Shown in pieces: positions 25,638 through 39,639 of a stretch of DNA of 64,000 nucleotides. Positions within the stretch are counted from its first letter, which is position 1, and each line of letters begins with the position of its first letter. The notes beneath the pieces were generated by a model that saw nothing but the letters and a program-made list of their open reading frames with translations, ran no database searches and was not told the DNA's origin. The translations under genes were made by a program, and so were the position numbers. Origin of the DNA: the human T2T-CHM13v2.0 reference genome, Homo sapiens; the NCBI RefSeq assembly GCF_009914755.1, contig NC_060927.1; one strand, 5' to 3'.

Positions 25638-25817
25638 TAGCCAGGCATAATGGTGGGCGCCTGTAGTCTCAGTTCCTTGAGAGGCTGTGGTGGGAGAATT
25701 GCTGGAGCCCAAAAGCTCCAGGCTGCAGTGAACTGTTATCATACCACTGCACTCCAGCCGGGGTGACAGAGAGAGACCCTGTCTCAAAACAAACAAACAA
25801 ACAAATTAAAAAAACAC
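25638..25817 (+). mobile_element. FRAM / AluJ right monomer, within an old L1M 5' fragment (about 25560-26190)
   Basis: Right-arm sequence aggctgcagtgaactgttatc...gaccctgtctc with (CAAA)n tail. TSD gaaacattt at 25627-25635 and 25818-25826. Confidence 0.8.
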
Positions 25818-26166
25818 GAAACATTTCAAAAGTAGAACTAAATGCCTCCAAAGTCAGAGAAGTCCTCAGTGACCAGAAAAAAAAGGAAAAATAAAAACAA
25901 AAACAAAAAAACCCCTGAAAACCAGAGAGAGGAGTGGGGCTAAAGTTCAGGTTGCCTTGTCTGTGGAGCGAGAGAGAAAAATCCTCACAGGTTATACATA
26001 ACAGGGAACAGGTCACTGTGTGTGAGAGTCAGCCAATACAGTGGACGGTGTATTTAAGCCTTCAAACTAGGGTAATGTTCCAAAGGAAAGCAAAATTGTG
26101 TTCTGGGGCATCAAGCCAGATAATGTGGCCTAAGGTGGGCCATGCCTCTGCTATGGAAGCTTCCTA

Positions 26167-26515
<349 letters not shown>

Positions 26516-27449
26516 TGGATGAGCATAGTGGCAACCAGGGGTGGGCATTCCTAGTGGAAGGTTGGTTGTGTGAGTCAGATCTGGGTTGGAGGGGCCAGGG
26601 AGTGTTGGAGGGACTCAAAGGATGCTATGGCTGGAAAGAGAGAGAGAGAGAGAGAAAGGAAAGTGTGCATTATGAGACTAGAAAGCTAAGCTAATAAAGA
26701 CTCACTCTTAATGGGGTCAGGAGTTTCACCTGTATCTGAAAAGCAATGGGCAACTATTATTAAGGGTTGTAAGCAGTGTGGCAACATCAGAATTACTATT
26801 TTAAAGTCATCTGCTTGCACTTTTTATAGCAGGGACTACAGCAGGGCATGAGTAGAAGATGATCCAGGAGAGAGAAGGTCATGAACAGGACATCATGGAA
26901 GGCAGTGGGGGAGATAGCTCCTACAGAAGGATGCAGGACTTTGCTCAGTGCTTCAGTTATATTTCTGGTGCTGAAAAGGAGTAGATAGAATACTCCAACA
27001 TGGGCAAAATATCTGCACTGTATATGTGGTTTCCGATTGAAGTATTGAAAAATACAAGATCATGCAGGAGCTGGATTTAAAAAATAATAATAAGATATGA
27101 AATCCAGAATACCTAAACAAACCACCATCACCACTACCAAAAATTTGTTTCTAAGAAATGAAGAAGAAAAAGCCACTTGCATTAGATGCTAGAGCAGAAG
27201 TGGGTATAGAATGTAGCTGGAAATCTACTTCAGGGTTAACATATAGCAAACTTTTTTTCAGTTCCTCTGTCCTGTCCTATTCTCTCACAATTGTACCTCC
27301 ATGAGCCATTTTTCCTCTGGTTCAATTTCTTCCCCTAATGCAGCTTCTGCCATCTCTGTCTTCCATGTCTTCATTTGCCTATTTTTATTTCTTCCAAATG
27401 TTTACATTACTAACAAAAACTGACATCACTTACTAACAAAACTAACATA

Positions 27450-27640
27450 AAAGTACAACTTCATGGCTGTGCTAAATACTTCTATTGGGACAATTTTTTA
27501 GTTCTTACAACAACTTTGTGAGGTAGGTACTTAATATTCTCGTTTGCAGATAGGAGGAGTGAGTTTCAGGTAAGCCAGATGACTTGGTCAAAGGTCACAC
27601 AGTTAGTAATGGCAGAGCCAGTATTTAAACCCAGGTAGCC
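27450..27640 (-). mobile_element. MIR SINE
   Basis: cttacaacaactttgtgaggtaggtact...aaggtcacacagttagtaatggcagagcc. Confidence 0.75.
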
Positions 27641-27699
27641 CATTTAAAAAAAATCAGAATTAGCTCTTGATATGAGCACCCTTAGACCTACATACTTGT

Positions 27700-27905
27700 G
27701 CTTAAACTTTACATTGAATATCTATCACCTACAGAGCTTGTTAAAATGCAGATTTTGATTTTGTGGCCCTGGAATGGGGCCCAAGTTTTGCATTTTCTTT
27801 TTTTAAATTTTATTTTATTTTATTTTATTTTAATTTAAGGTTTTGCATCTTCTACATGCTCTCATGTTGAAATTGCTGGTTCCTGGATCCCACTCTGAGT
27901 AGCAT
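27700..27905. mobile_element. MER5A MITE
   Basis: cttaaacttt...atcacct...gcttgttaaaatgcagatt...ggggcccaag...cactctgagtagca. Confidence 0.65.
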
Positions 27906-28249
27906 TAGTGTATGACAGGCATTCAGTGAATATTTATTGAATGAAGTAATTCAAATAAAGAAATGCTAAGATGTATATGTCAGTGATTTCTTTCTTTGGA
28001 TATCTTGTTGTTGCCTTGCACTTATGGCTGTCTGAATAGTAATTATTCAGTTGAATATTGAATGATCACCTGCTATGGATAGGGAAGACCCACTGTGAAA
28101 GACGCAGAGATGAATGGATATGACCTCTCTTCTGGGCTGGAAGCCTTAGGTGCCATTTTCAGGTGGGCAAGGATTCTGGCTCAGCACAGGCTCCTGGACA
28201 AGTTGCCGCTCAGCCTGCTCTCCCTACCACTAGTCTTCATGACATGATC

Positions 28250-28450
28250 TACCAGGGCCAGTCTCTGTGCTAAGTGTTTTATTAATACATGTATCATTTC
28301 ATTAGTTACATTCAACATTCCTGCACTGTAGGTACTACTGTTTTTCCTCACTTACATATGAGGAAACTGTGGCAGAGAGCAGTTAACTAGCTTGCCCAGA
28401 TACACAACAAGGTTGACATTTGAATCAAAGTGTTTTTCATTATAGGGCCC
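28250..28450 (-). mobile_element. MIR SINE
   Basis: atgaggaaactgtggcagagagcagttaactagcttgcccaga. Confidence 0.7.
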
Positions 28451-28479
28451 CATTTCTTATTTATTTATATACTTGTTTG

Positions 28480-28865
28480 TTAGTTTATTTAAAAATATTT
28501 TAATTTTTACAGATTCAGGGGTTACTTGTGCAGGTTATTTTTTTTTACATGGATATGTTGTATAATGGTGAGGTTTGGGCTTCTAGTATGCCCATCAACT
28601 GAATAGTGAACATTGCACCCAATAGGTTGTTTTTAAGCTGATACTTCCCCACATGCTCCCACCATTTGAAGTCTCCATTGTCTATTATTTCCATCTGTAT
28701 GTCTATGTGTACTTATTGTGAAGTTCCCACTTATAAGTGAGAACAAGCAGTATTTGATTTTCCAAATTATTCCACTTAGAAATAACTTAGTTATTTCACT
28801 TGAAGTATAATGACTTTCAGCTTCATTCATGTTGCCGAAAAAGACATGATTTTATTCTTTGATAT
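28480..28865 (-). mobile_element. L1PB/L1MA-type 3' end
   Basis: ttacatggatatgttgtataatggtgaggtttgggcttctagt...cccacttataagtgagaaca...gacatgattttattcttt. Confidence 0.8.
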
Positions 28866-29099
28866 GTGGAGTACCATTTCTTAACCATAATTCTCTTCTG
28901 CCAATCTGGAATGATGAGATGGAGAATGATGCAAAGGTAGAAATAGGAAGTAGCAAGCATACAAATAGTTGTCTTGTTTGGTCTTTTAAATCTTGAGAAA
29001 TACAGAAAATGGAAAATTTAGAAAAGTATATCACAAATGGTGGGATATTCGCATTGATAAAGGCTTTTTGTCAGTCTTGTTTTATATTTTTTTAATGTA

Positions 29100-29960
29100 A
29101 AACAAACAAAACCTGACAGGTAATGTTCACAATCCCTTTATGCCTCCCAATTCACATTTTCTCTCCCACCCTTTCCAGAGCTGTGCTTGTTTACTTCCAG
29201 GTCATGTTTCTCTATTTCTAGAAAATATTTTTCTGTATTCTTGAAAGTGTTTTTCTGTAATATTATATATATGCAACACAACATATATATTGTATCGTTT
29301 GGGTGTTAAAAATATCCAGAAGTTATAATATGCTACGTGTAACAATCTACAACATACATTTTTCACTTGGCATTATGTTTTTGAGGTCTGTCTGTGTTGA
29401 ATCATATAGGAATAGCTTTTCAATTTTAATTTCTACTACATTCCATCTTATCTGTTCTACTGTCAATGGATATTTAGCTTGATTATAATACAATTTCATG
29501 AATGCTGATGTAAACATTCTTGAGCAGTCTTCTGAGACATAAGTGCAAGAGTTTCTATAGAATCTATAGGTAGAAATGGAATTGTTGAATTTTATGTTCT
29601 TTTAAAAATTATTGATATGTTGACAACTATTCTCAGAAATGATTGCAGCAACTTAATTCCTTCCGGAAATGTATACTGTTATCAACACTTTGTGAAGTCT
29701 GATATTTTTCTCCCTATTTGAAGAGCATAAATTGGTATCCAAATGTTAATTTAACTCGCAGTACTTTGGTTGCCGATTCAAGTTATGTTGGTTTTTGTTT
29801 GTTGGTTTGTTTGTTGGTTGTTGGATTTCTATTTTGCCTCTTCACATGTTTGGCTCATTTTTTCTAACTAGTTTGTAACAGTCCTTGTCTGTTCTTAATA
29901 CTGTACTTAATACTTAATCCTATTTGCGGTTCATTACAATAGCTATTTGTATTCTCTTTG
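29100..29960 (-). mobile_element. Old L1ME-type fragment
   Basis: ttttcacttggcattatgtttttgag...aatggatatttag...taaacattcttg...gtagaaatggaattgttg. Confidence 0.55.
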
Positions 29961-30136
29961 TTATTTGCTTTATACTATCCATAAGTCAATACTGAACACT
30001 TAGAAAAATTATATTTTTTCTTTCGTGAGACGTACTTGTCACTTACAAAGGGCTTCTTTGGGGAGAGGAAGCATAAAAGAATGATTAGGAACTTTGTCTC
30101 TGCAGCTAGGCTGCCTGAGATGGAAGCTGAGCTGTC

Positions 30137-30204
30137 TCCCATCCCATCCCATCCCATCCCATCCCATCCCATCCCATCCCATCCCATCCCATCCCATCCC
30201 ATCC
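30137..30204 (+). repeat. (TCCCA)13 pentanucleotide microsatellite, (GGGAT)n on the minus strand
   Basis: 13 perfect units plus tcc, read directly. Confidence 0.97.
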
Positions 30205-31519
30205 TAACCTCTCCTATCCATCTTATCACATTGCATTGATCTGACCTTCAGTACAATGTTGAACAGTAGAGGTGATTGGAGGAGGTAGGGTTAGCAGAAT
30301 TCCTTGTGAAGTAGCAGCATGGTCTCGATTGCGAATTACAGAATTTTTTTTCAGGCCTGTCCTGTGTAGCAGGCATGAAGATAAGAATAGCTTTTGTTGC
30401 TGGTGCTTCATCCTTGCAAGGATTTTAGTCAAATTATCATTTGGAGGGAGTAGTCATACTGTATGTGAGGACAGCAGGCTTAGGTTAGAAATGCTGAAAA
30501 CTATTTTGGGTCCATTCACCACGAATTTTCTGTTTAACTTCATATGCATTTTAGTTGTCATTTTATTTATTGATATCCCCCACTAGACTCATGAGGATAA
30601 TGTCCATGACAATATTATTGACTGATATAGTTCCAAAGTCTAAAATAGTATCTGGCATATTTTAGGTATATATTTATCAAATGATTGAATTAATGATCTC
30701 ACTTTGCCTCTCTGTCCAATTATATCTGTAAAATGAGGTCAGTGGAATTTGCCCCGCTCCCCTGAAAGAGTTGGCAAGGTTAAATCAGATAATGTGTTCT
30801 GAAAAACCACCCAATTTATGATGATCACAGGTCATGGTGGATAGCAGTAATCAAGGAAGCACAAGTAGGTGACACATTTGTCTGTCTCCTCCACCAGAAT
30901 GGGAATTCCATGAGAACACAGATTTTCTACGACTTATTTGTTCCTGTGACTCATGTGTCTGGAATAGTGCCCGGAATTTGGGTACTTTTGGATAAATGGA
31001 ATAGAGTGGAATTTAATCAATATCTTTATTTGACACAAAAAATAAAGGACAAAGCGAAGTTGAATTCAAGAATCTGATGTGAAAGCATATATATGAGTGA
31101 GAGTGTATATGAGAAGAGTGGAAAAGAAGAAAGCAGAAGAAAAAAATGGATCGGAAAACCATAAGTGAGAATGAAGGAGACAATGTCTAGGATTTTTAAA
31201 AAACGCTAGTCTGAAAAGGTCAATTTGATGTTTGGGGTTGTCTTTCTAACTGAATAGGATCGATCCAACGACCAGTATGATTGCATAAAACTGGTCATTA
31301 AGATGGTAAGGGAACCACAATTTAACTGTAAGTGCCTGATTTAGGATTTGTAAGTCAGTGAAGAGAGATGAGAGACAAGAGTCTGCAGACCTCTGACCCT
31401 GTGTATTCTGTGGAAGTGCTTTAAGACTTGGACAGTTGCCTGAGCTTAGAAAACAATAATAATGTATCCTGAAGAACTTTGAATTTATACTTGGGTTTTG
31501 TCCATCCTAACATTCTCTG

Positions 31520-32070
31520 TATTCTCATAAAAGTAGTTTCAGTAGGCATCTGTTGTTTTTTCCTTGTCCTGCATTTATTTTCTTTGTTTTTTTTCCCTTG
31601 CTAACAGCTTCCCAGTTTGTTTTGGGGAATAACTTCCCAGTTTCATTCCTTTGATTTGTGTGATGATTTACTGCTCTTCCATCTCTAGGAGTGGCCATGG
31701 GACCCAGGCCAGGGCAATGAACATAGACCATTTCTTGGCCACAATGTTTTGCTCAATAATGTTCACAAGGCCTGATATAGGCAAATACATTCAATCTTTG
31801 GACTTCTGGTCTAACTGTTGTGAAAGAGAAGTCATCTTTCAACTAGGATTACTGCACTGACCGTTAACCAAAGAAGAGAACCTGACCAAGAGAAGCCAAA
31901 CAAAACAAAACAAAAAAAAGCTAATAGGGAGAAGCTAAGTTGTGATGATAATGTTTAGGTATGTGAATCCGTTGTTGCCTAAAGTTCTTCTGCATGAGCC
32001 ATTTCAATTGTATCGGCCAGTAAATTCTCTAGTACATTTAATTTGAATGGAGATTCACTTGCAGTCAAAA
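31520..32070 (+). mobile_element. Old MLT1 (J/K/L-like) LTR remnant
   Basis: gagtggccatgggacccaggcc...gccagtaaattctc...attcacttgcagtcaaaaagcat. Approximate. Confidence 0.4.
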
Positions 32071-33434
32071 AGCATATTGATTACTACACTTTGATTTTTT
32101 AAAACTTTTCAATGGAATTGATTCTTGAGAGCACAGCCCTTATGCCTAGGCTGAAGAAAGTCAGAAGTATATGTCATGCCCCAAGTAAAACATTACTTCT
32201 AGATAATTTTTTATTGAAAACACACTTTTGGGACCTTTGAATCTTGTCAGTGTTTGCACATCTATAGCAAGGTATGGTTGAATTAGATTACGTCCAGGTC
32301 AAAAGTGTAAAATTTTATGACAGCTTTTCTTGCAATGATCCCATGATATTGCCTGGTATTTTCTGGCAATTCCTGATGAGGAGGTTAACTCTTGCCAAGT
32401 TTGAGAGTACACCCTGCCATTTATCCCACTTTCTTATTTCTTTTCATGTTCATGTTTCTTAATGCCCCGATAACATTAAAAGGCACTGCAGCTGTGATAA
32501 TGATGAAAATAGCTATTATTTTGAATTCTTACAATACTAAGTTCTTGACATAAGTCATTTCAATTAATCTTCCCAAGAACACAGTGAGGCAGGAATTAAT
32601 ATGCAATATATAATCATGGTTTCAGCATGAGGGTCTTGGGATTATTTAGATTAACCTCACCTCACCTACCCCTCAAGTATAGATAGGCAACTTCTCCACT
32701 TACCCTAATTAGTGTCCAGAGTCTCATTATCATTTTAGGGGCCTACAGGTTCCCTGAGAGGTTGTGTATTAGTGAGGTGTCACTTGGGCCAATCAGGTGA
32801 GATCTACCAAGTTGTTTTCCATAAATAGGCATAACTCTTGCCGAGTGTTTGCGGGTGATATACTGCTATTTTGGCTTCCAATGAAAATCACTTGGAAGGT
32901 TCTTCCTTTTGTGATGGCTAAGCAGGTAGTGATGAGAGTGATCATTTATCTCCAACATGACCCTTTAGTAGATGTGAACAGTGCCACTCCACGTGATCCT
33001 TCCAAGAGTTTGCAAGCTGGCTCTTGCGGGGTAGGATAATCTTTTATCTTTCAAGGAAGTTGTCTCTAGGATCATATTCTAACATCTCAGAGCTTTTTTT
33101 CTTTTTTTTCTTAAAGTAATTCTTCCACTTTACTTTGATCTCTATGCTGCCCCTCCCTCTCCTCCTTCTCTTTCTTTTTGCAATTATTTTTCCTCTTGTT
33201 CTTTCACGGTTGACAGGAAGGATTCATTAAACTTATAATTCAAATTATTAGCAATCAAAAATGTTTTAAAGTTGACTTTTTTAAAGTTTGACTTCAAAAT
33301 CAAAAACCTAAACTTTAAATGATGCCAGGAAGTAAAGGGAAATTCTTAAAATTAATCTTCAGAATTCATAAGGAAAAAAGAAAAAGGAGTTAATTCTCCT
33401 TTTTAAAATGTTGTGAATGTTCATATTCTAAAAC

Positions 33435-33590
33435 CATTTCAATCCTCGTTTTACAGATTAGGAAACCAAGGCTCAGAGAATGAGTAATTAGTAATTAGTA
33501 ATGAGTCAAAGATCACAGAGTTAAGAAGCTGTATGTAGAGCTTGTAGTCAAGCCTAGGTGCGACTGAATATAAAACCTTGCTACTATCCA
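33435..33590 (-). mobile_element. MIR SINE
   Basis: ttttacagattaggaaaccaaggctcagaga core. Confidence 0.7.
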
Positions 33591-34744
33591 TTTAGCCCAA
33601 AGGATGTGGGCAAGATCTGGTCCATAACGCACTCTTAGGAAAATGATTTGAGAAAAATGTCATAAATAATGGCTTTTAGAAAAAAAAAGGATACGCCACA
33701 AGATTTGTCAGTTCTTTTCTACAGGTTATTATAGGAAGGAGCCAACAAACCGTTTAGAAGTCCATGTGGATTTCTAAACTTATAACCTATAATAGTCCTT
33801 GACAATGAACATTCTCTGAAATTCATAGTTTGTAGACAAACTTCTGGGCATTTGTTTTGCTCTGTGTTTAAAAATAACTTCGATATGTTCTATATGTAAT
33901 TTTACTGATTAAATTTTTACAACTATATATATTTATAACCCATTCATAGCTTTATTTCTCAATATTTAGTGAGTTATGGTTACATATTTTAAATAATTTT
34001 TAACCTTATATAGTAGCTATGAATGTAATACTTTTATTATTCTATACAAAATGGAAACTGTTCTTTCAGTATAAACAGTTATTAGCTGTTTACATTTCAC
34101 ATGAACATTTTTGAGGTATGAAAAGCATCTTTTCAGTAGTTCTTGATAAACCCTCCTGCTTCATTTCTTGTGTCAGAATACAGGAAACAAAGAGGTATGT
34201 ATTTAATATCATGAAAGGATCTTGTCACATCCAAAATAGAACAGTTAATTCTACAAGTTTCAACATGCACAGGAATAACTTATAAACCTGATAATGAAAT
34301 GCATTTTTCACTGGCAATTTCCAGTTTCAGTAACTGAACATTGCTTTGCACAAAGTTAGACTCTCAAAATTCAGAGAATTCCTGAAGCCAACTTGTTGCT
34401 GTATAACTGCACATTTTTGTATCTGTAGTAAATTGTAACTTAAAAGTTTCTAGTGTTTTCTATGGAAAATTTTCTTTCATGGCTTGAGAATTAAAGTACT
34501 AGAGTATGGATATACAAATGTTTCATACTGAAAGGTAACATAGACAGCATGTCAGTTGCTGCACATTGGACAGAGTCGGACATGGTATGTCATTTGCTGG
34601 ACTCTAGGTAATGTTGGAAATGCTTCTTCATGTTCTTTATAGTGACAATGAAGATGTTTTGTTTGTTTGGCTTCAGTTTTCTTTTTTTTTTTGCCATTTT
34701 TTTTTTGGCTTAAAGATCATCATGAAAGACCCCTTACAGTACAG

Positions 34745-35150
34745 TGGTGATATCAAAGTTGGAAGGGAAAGCTAATGTGAAAAATGCCAAAATCCAAATA
34801 AAAATCCAACAGGATGAGCTCAAATGGGGGAGAGAATTCCATTAAGTGTAGATGTGATAACAATAAAAGTTCAGAAGCACAAAATTTCCTAGAATATCAG
34901 GGTAATCTGGATTAAAATCTGCTCATAAAGGGGAAAATAGAGGTCCTAGATGACAAGTGCTGCCTATAGAACACAGCTGCTTAAACAGATGATGTGACCT
35001 CAACTGCACGCCTTGAGTCACTTCACACAATATTATCAGGTTATATCTAGAACATGGACTCCTTTCTTAAGGACATTATTGACAGGTGAGAGAAGTTGAA
35101 AATTCTGGGACGGCTTTGTCTAAGGAGGATCTGGAGAGACTGTTCAGATG
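34745..35150 (+). mobile_element. L3/CR1 LINE remnant
   Basis: gatatcaaagttggaagggaaagctaat...aaaatccaa resembles the CR1 RT C-terminal region. Very degenerate. Confidence 0.35.
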
Positions 35151-36504
35151 TGGAGATCATGTTTTCTCCTCCTGTGGCCTGTTGACACTTCCTCATAAAT
35201 AGAATAAAATACATAAATGGAATCCCATGTAATTCTCTCTCCTATTTGTTTGTCTTCATTATTCTCTATATTGGTAAAGAGAAGCACCACTGTTGGGATT
35301 AAAAGAGACAATGTGACACTTGGCTATGAGTTTGGTCCATAGTAAGCTCTCAATACATGGCTGACAGTTATGATTACCATATATCTCTTCATTTAATTCT
35401 TCTAAAAACTTTACGAGGTAAGTACTACTCTTATCTGCATATTTAGATGAGAAAACTGAGGGTCGCAGGAGTTACATGGTTGAATTAGGGCAACCTTGTC
35501 TAGGCTTCAGAGTAGGAGGGAACCTGAAGTCTGTCTGACCTCATAGAAAGCTTATGCCATTAATCAATAATCCCTACTGCCTCTCGAGACTATACAATAT
35601 GATTGGATAATGACAGTGAAGTGAGAAGGGGAGGTTATAATTTCCACATCCCTTTTAACTTGTTCTGAAAGCCTTGCTACTTTACTTTGGGTCTTTAAAG
35701 CTTCCAGTACCATTCCTTTGTACTTTGAATGTCTTCTCAACTGCAGAGACACACACACGCACACATACACACACAGAGAGAGAACTACATTAGCTATTAA
35801 ACTGGATACATGGCCATGTACTATTTTCTAACTGAACTTTTTAGTACTTCAAAGACTTGAAGTACAGTTTAATGGTGTTTTAGCTGTCACTGGAATTAAA
35901 AGTCGTGTGCCATTGTGTGCTGAGTTTGGTCCCCCCTTTCAGCTGATATTTAGAGAAGTAATTATTCTACTTGAGGCTTGAGGGATGTGTGTACCATGAA
36001 ACAGACAATAAAGACAGACCTCTTGAGGTCTGCCATGGATTATTTATTTCCCCCTCATATTCCTTACTGAGAACAATTCACAGCCTACATTTTTGATCCA
36101 CTATAACTTTTTCCTTAATAGAAAGGTAAAAGGACTTTAGAGCTAACTCTCCCAAATTTATATAATCACTAAATCACACAGCAAAAAACAACAACAAAAT
36201 CTAGTCCTTAAGGTTGCCAGCACCAGGGAGCAAAAGCAGAGGTGGCTTTTGCCAGGCAATGATTAAACACACTCAGAGTGATTGTTCTTCAAAGAGACTC
36301 ATACTATGGACTGAGCAGAATCACAGTTGGCCAGTAAGGAATTCATATTTTTTCATGTCCCCTCCTCTAACCATATGAAGCTTAGACAATGTCCCCCTGC
36401 TTCAATTTGTCAAGTATTTATTGCTTATATTTTATCAGTTGAGGTTTGCTGGTTGTTGACTCCATCTTTCAGTTGGTATAGCATGTTTGTTTGCTTTCTC
36501 CCTT

Positions 36505-36688
36505 TCCTCATGTGTCTTCTGAGTATCTGGGACTATAGATGTGCATCACCATGTCTGGCTAATTAAAAAAATTTTTTTATAGAGACACTATGTTGCCCAG
36601 GCTGGTCTCAAACTCCTGGTCTCAAGCAATCCTCTTGCCTTGACCTCCCAAAGCACTGGGATTACAGGGTGAACTACTGCACCCGGCC
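36505..36688 (-). mobile_element. AluJ fragment (left arm plus start of right arm)
   Basis: ctatgttgcccaggctggtctcaaactcctggtctcaagcaatcctc...cacccggcc. No tail. Confidence 0.85.
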
Positions 36689-37693
36689 GAGTTTTCTGTT
36701 TTCTATATGATTCAACATACCTTCTGATTTGAGGCACTCAGGACATAATTAATAAATACTTATTAACTTAATATGCCTAAGAATGAGCCAAGAAAGTGAT
36801 GAAGCCCTGATTTCATCCCACCAATAACCATGGAAAGCTTTCTGAATCAACCCCACTTGTGGCATGTGAAACAGGAGTAGCAGCAGTTTTAAGCTATTGT
36901 AGGTCAGAAATAGTTGCTATATTCTAGGAGCCCTGGGACAGAAAGGTAAGAAATGGGTGAAGTGAACAGATTTACAAAAAGGAAAGAGTTGTGGGGCTTA
37001 TGGGTACTGGAAAGACCACGCTGAATCAAAAAGTGTCCAAGTTCAAATCTCTGGAAACAAGCAAACAGAAGCACAAGAAAAGGTCCACAAATCTGTAGCC
37101 TGCTAGTTAATGGGCTCTGATTATAGACAAACTGAGGCAAGTTCAGAGCATCAGGGATGTCAGGGGTTCAATGATATCTTATGAGATAGTGCTGGATACT
37201 TTATCCTATGTAAGAGAGAACTCAAATTGGAAGGTAACATTTTCTTCGGTAATCTAAAAAGACTGACCAGGGAAGAATAAGACTTAGTGTCCGAGGTCAG
37301 TATTTGGAATTCACAAGAAGATAGATTTTGCTTGAGTTCATTTGCTTGAGAGATTTTGAATGAATTCTGATGAATAATCAGTTCCTCTCACTCAAGGTGT
37401 TTAGGCTTAGTTTGGGGAAATTGGAGCCAGCATGTTGAAGAGGGATTGGATTTAAGGATGTTCATGGTCTTTTGCCAGTTTTGTTATTTCACAATTACTT
37501 GAAGGCCACGGTGCAGGGAGATATTCTAGATGAATGGATGTGTATAATCATCATTTACCAAACAGTTCCTTGCAGATGGAGTAGTAATCAGCCATTGATG
37601 GATATTTAGAACAATAAATATGTCTTCTATTATTAAATAAATAATCACTTTACAATCTAGAAGTTAGAGAAACAATTGAGGTAATCTGTCTAG

Positions 37694-38611
37694 TGAATTA
37701 GTTATCTATCATTTGCATAACAAATTACCCAAAAATATAGGGGCTGGTATAGTTTGAATATATGTCCCTGCCAAACGTCACATGAATTGTAATCCCCGCT
37801 GTTGGAGGTGGGGCCTAGTGGGAGATGTTTAGGTCATGAGAGAGGACCCCTCATGGCTTGGTGCTGTCCTTGTGATAGTGACTGAGTTCTCATGAGATGC
37901 AGTCAATTAAAAGTGTGGCACCTTCTACCTTCCCTTGCTACTGCTTTTGCCTTGTGATGTACCTGCTCCCAATTCACCATCTACTTTGAGTAAAAGCTCC
38001 TTGAGGCCTCTCCAGAAGTGGAGCAGATGCTGGCACCATGCTTGTACAACCTGCATTAAACCTTTTTTCTTTATAGATTATTCAGCTTCAGATATTTCTT
38101 TATAGCAATGTAAGAACAGCCTAATACAGGGGCTTCATACAACAATGTTCATTTATTATCTCATGGCTTTTGTGAGTCTGGAATCCTAGAGTGGCTTAGC
38201 TGGGTAGTTCTGATGCAGGGTGTTTCAGAAGGTCTTGATCAAGATGTCAGCCAGGGCTGCAGCTGTTGGTAGGCCTGACTGAGCCTGGAGGATCTGCTTC
38301 CAATGCGGCTCACTCACATGATGGGCAAGTTGGTGCTGACCGCAGATGAGAAGTCCCAATTCCTCCCGGCTTGGCCTTCTATAGAGGGTTGCTTGAATGT
38401 CCTTGTAGTATGGCAGTTGGCTTTCCCCAGAGTGTCTGATTCAAAAGAAAGAAGCCACACCTTTTTTTGACCTCAGAAGTCACACTTCGTTTTTGCAATA
38501 TTCAGCTGGTTTCACAGACCAGCCCTATTCGCTGTGGGAAGGGAATACACAAGAGAATAAACATCAGGAAGCAAGAATCATTGAGGACTGCCTTGGACAT
38601 TGGCCACCGCA
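37694..38611 (-). mobile_element. MLT1 (F/G-like) MaLR LTR, split by an MST LTR
   Basis: ttagttatctatc...taacaaattacccaaaa, then ggcttcatacaacaa...ggaggatctgcttccaa...aggaagcaagaatcattg. Confidence 0.7.
37745..38128 (+). mobile_element. MST (A/B) MaLR solo LTR
   Basis: tggtatagtttgaat...ttctttatagcaatgtaagaacagcctaataca. Perfect 5-bp TSD ggggc (37740-37744, 38129-38133). Confidence 0.9.
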
Positions 38612-39639
38612 TCTGATCAGTCCTACCCTTGTGGATTTATTTCTCACATATTCTTCCAAGTTTGAAATATCTTGATCAAAGAGAGTTTCTGCATAATTTT
38701 ACAGTTCAGTGTGTGTTTTTTTTCTCTTGTACTTTTTAATTTGAACTCATTCTTTATATAGGTATTTTGAAGAACAGCTTGATAACGTTCCATCCTGGAT
38801 CTCTTAGTGTGCAATTACTGAGAAAACCTTTTATACCTAATTATCAAAGGGCACACGGATTAGGAAGAAAAACTCTCAGACCAGATATTGAGCATTCTAA
38901 TATTATTGGTCCTTTGAAATTTCTAGCTAAGGGTTAAATGTTCAGTTCTTACAACTTCTGCTATGTAATTAATATGTATATAATGCATGGAAATTCATGT
39001 TGTCCTTCATGAGTTGCTGATATTTAATCTACTGTTCAAGCCTTCACCAGCTCTACTATTTTCTCAGGAAAAGGGCCATAAAAAAGGTTTTATCGAGTCC
39101 ATTTTATCAGCTTTTTGATGGGTTTACTAAACCTAACGGAGAATTGCTGTGTCAGAGTGTATCACTTTAAAAAAAATGGGCATTTGGATGAGGTATTTTT
39201 GTTTTCCTGGTTACATTTTGCAGCACTGTCAGTTGCTGATTTTTTTCCCTTCTACCACAGATTGTTATAGTATTTAACGTTTATGTGTTCTCTCTTAGTA
39301 ACAACTGGGGCCATGGCCAAAATTCTGATTGGGAGTGGGTGGTAGGGTTGGAAACTATATATATGATGGCTGAACAGCTGAGATAATTTATGTTTTTGAG
39401 GCAATAATCATGAATAATGCAAATCTAGCTATTAAAATAGAAGGAAGGGATGACATCTTACTGGGTGGGAATTTTAAGGTAAAGCTATAGTTTTAGAGTT
39501 ATAATAATGGTACCTATGGCTAGGCGTCAACATTATTACTCACTGTGCACTCAATTTGAGGCCAAAAATGTAATATATTTAATTTAACCCTGAGGAACAG
39601 TTGGCAGGGAATTAATCTGGTCGTGTTTCCTCGGAGAAG

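Noticed and set aside
29975-30239. ORFs with WDGMG / IPSHP repeats
   Set aside because: Translations of the (TCCCA)n microsatellite.
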